Shown: one piece after another, positions 18,767 to 20,312 of the stretch
Numbering within the stretch: position 1 is the first letter of the stretch
Layout of the letters: the number at the start of each line of letters is the position of its first letter
Assembly: GCA_030167865.1 (NCBI GenBank)
Contig: JALAGF010001746.1
Span: 62,001 to 82,312 of the forward strand
Source: Craspedostauros australis
Lineage: Eukaryota
Direction of reading: 5' to 3'
Length of the DNA stretch: 20,312 bases
Position numbers and translations under genes: made by a program
Notes under the pieces: model-generated
Database searches by the model: none
Told to the model about the DNA's origin: nothing
The model's input: the letters and a program-made list of their open reading frames with translations, nothing else

Positions 18767-20312
18767 CTACTTCGAATCATTCGTGCTGAAGTTCATCACC
18801 TTGTTCGTGCCTCGGGGCATGTCATCCCTCAGCTCCTTCGACCAGCCTTTGCCGGCCACCTCCAAGTACTCCGTCAAGAACAGGTCGGCCTCCGAACGCT
18901 CCTGATCGAACTGGAACAGATTCACCACGATGTGATCACGTCCGTCCCAAACGCTCACCACGGTTCCTTCCACGCAACGCGCCACCACCACAACACCGTC
19001 ACCGACATCATCGTAAACCCGCATGGATTTCACGGTGAAGTCGACATCCTCGTCCTCCATCACGCTCGTCATGATGGAGGCGATGTTGGGGCTGTTATCG
19101 TGGTCCTTGCTGCTGCGTCCAAGCTGCAGCACAGACTGACGACCGAAGGCGAGCTGGTCCTTCAGCTGCTGTTTCTCAGCACTCAGATCGTAGTCTCGTT
19201 GCGAAAACAGTGTCGCGTTGAACTCGTCGTTGTCGAGGTATCTCAGCGTTCCACCTTGCATGACGCTTGGCTTGACCATGAAGGTGTCACCGTACTTGGT
19301 GGCGATGGTGTCCTCCACACGTCGGATGCGAGGGAAGGTATCATTCATGTCCACAGTGAGGATGGACAGCTCGAATGCAGGAGCATCCATCTTGGCGCGC
19401 TTGGGTTGGACGATGATTTCGGTTCTGGTCAGAGGGTCGATGTCGAGCTTCAAGCGGATCTGCTTGAGAGTGTTGCGACGCCATTCATCCTTCGTGGAGT
19501 CTGGAAGGATGGAGACGTAGAGAGGCACGACCGTGTTCTGGAAGATGTTGCGTCGGAATGTCCAGAAGCTCGTGAAGATGCGTGCCATGGCGTACGGTGC
19601 TTCCGCATCCAGGATGACAGCTCCGATGGGTTGGTTGTGCTCGCGGATGGCGGATTTGATCTCATCCTCGATCGAATGGCGGCATTCATGCAAGTCAGCA
19701 AGGTTGCTGTTGTTGACATCGCCGTCTCCGAAGATGAGGGACTCCATCTCAGGACAGACATGGACCGGGACGATCTTCAACAATCCACTGCTGTTGTTGC
19801 TGTTGCTGTTGCTCTTCTCCAATGCGGAGGCAGAAAGACACCTGCTGGATTGGCTGCCACAGAACACAACCACCATGGAGCCATCCGCAACATCCATCGC
19901 ATCCGTGATGGCACCCAGCGATGTCGCAAGGAAGTCATCGTCAGCCATCAGGCTTTCGATGGTGGCTGCAGCTGCAGGTGTTGGAGTGGTGCCGGTGGTA
20001 GTGGCAGATGGAACAGCCGCAGTTGCATCCTCCTCGGACGTATCACACTTGCGGGTGTGAGTGGTGAGATCTGGACCAATGAGCTTCGTGTCTTCCTCCC
20101 ACGAGTTGTTGCCGTACATTCCAGACACGATGACGCGGTACGACGAGACGGAGCCCTTTACGGCATCGTTGCCGGCTCCGAGAGCCTTCACCAACGCCGT
20201 TCGTGTGGCGTCCATCTTCTCGAAGCGTCCCCACAGATGGATGTCCAATCCAACGTACGATCGTCCCTTCCACCAGCGGGCGATCACGTATCCCTCCGCC
20301 ATCATGATCACG
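18767..20312 (-). CDS. C-terminal part (>=514 aa, 5'-partial) of a protein with degenerate S-adenosylmethionine decarboxylase-like repeats; resembles diatom AdoMetDC/spermidine-synthase fusion proteins
   Basis: Open frame from the window edge to TAG at 18767-18769. [23 protein letters not shown] parallels the class 1 AdoMetDC motif [36 protein letters not shown].ED...GP, [13 protein letters not shown] and [15 protein letters not shown] are recalled from this diatom family (not searched). The catalytic domains would lie outside the window. Confidence 0.7.
   Translation of the reverse strand, partial: [514 protein letters not shown]

Overview
Eukaryotic genomic DNA, most plausibly from a diatom (inferred from gene content, GT-AG introns and CAA/CAG-rich low-complexity coding). 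Four genes are supported. (1) A minus-strand, intron-free ORF of at least 1397 aa (ATG 4193, running off the left edge) encodes a mostly disordered coiled-coil protein; the ORF track misses it because there is no stop in the window. (2) About 4.45 kb away and divergent, a three-exon division-2 (fungal class IV/V/VII-like) chitin synthase, 8645-11436/11781-12467/12852-15843, 2156 aa, has a ~900-aa disordered N-terminus, cytochrome-b5-like segments, an intact GT2 core and a ~480-aa Lys/Ser-rich tail. (3) A Tat-SF1/HTATSF1 (Cus2) U2 snRNP splicing factor lies at 16501-18348. (4) The 3' part of a convergent minus-strand gene (window edge to 18767) has degenerate AdoMetDC-like repeats resembling diatom polyamine-synthesis fusion proteins. 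No RNA genes, CRISPR arrays or mobile elements were recognised. The main points of interest are the chitin synthase architecture, its distal-branch-point-like intron 2, and its proximity to a putative long-chain-polyamine gene.
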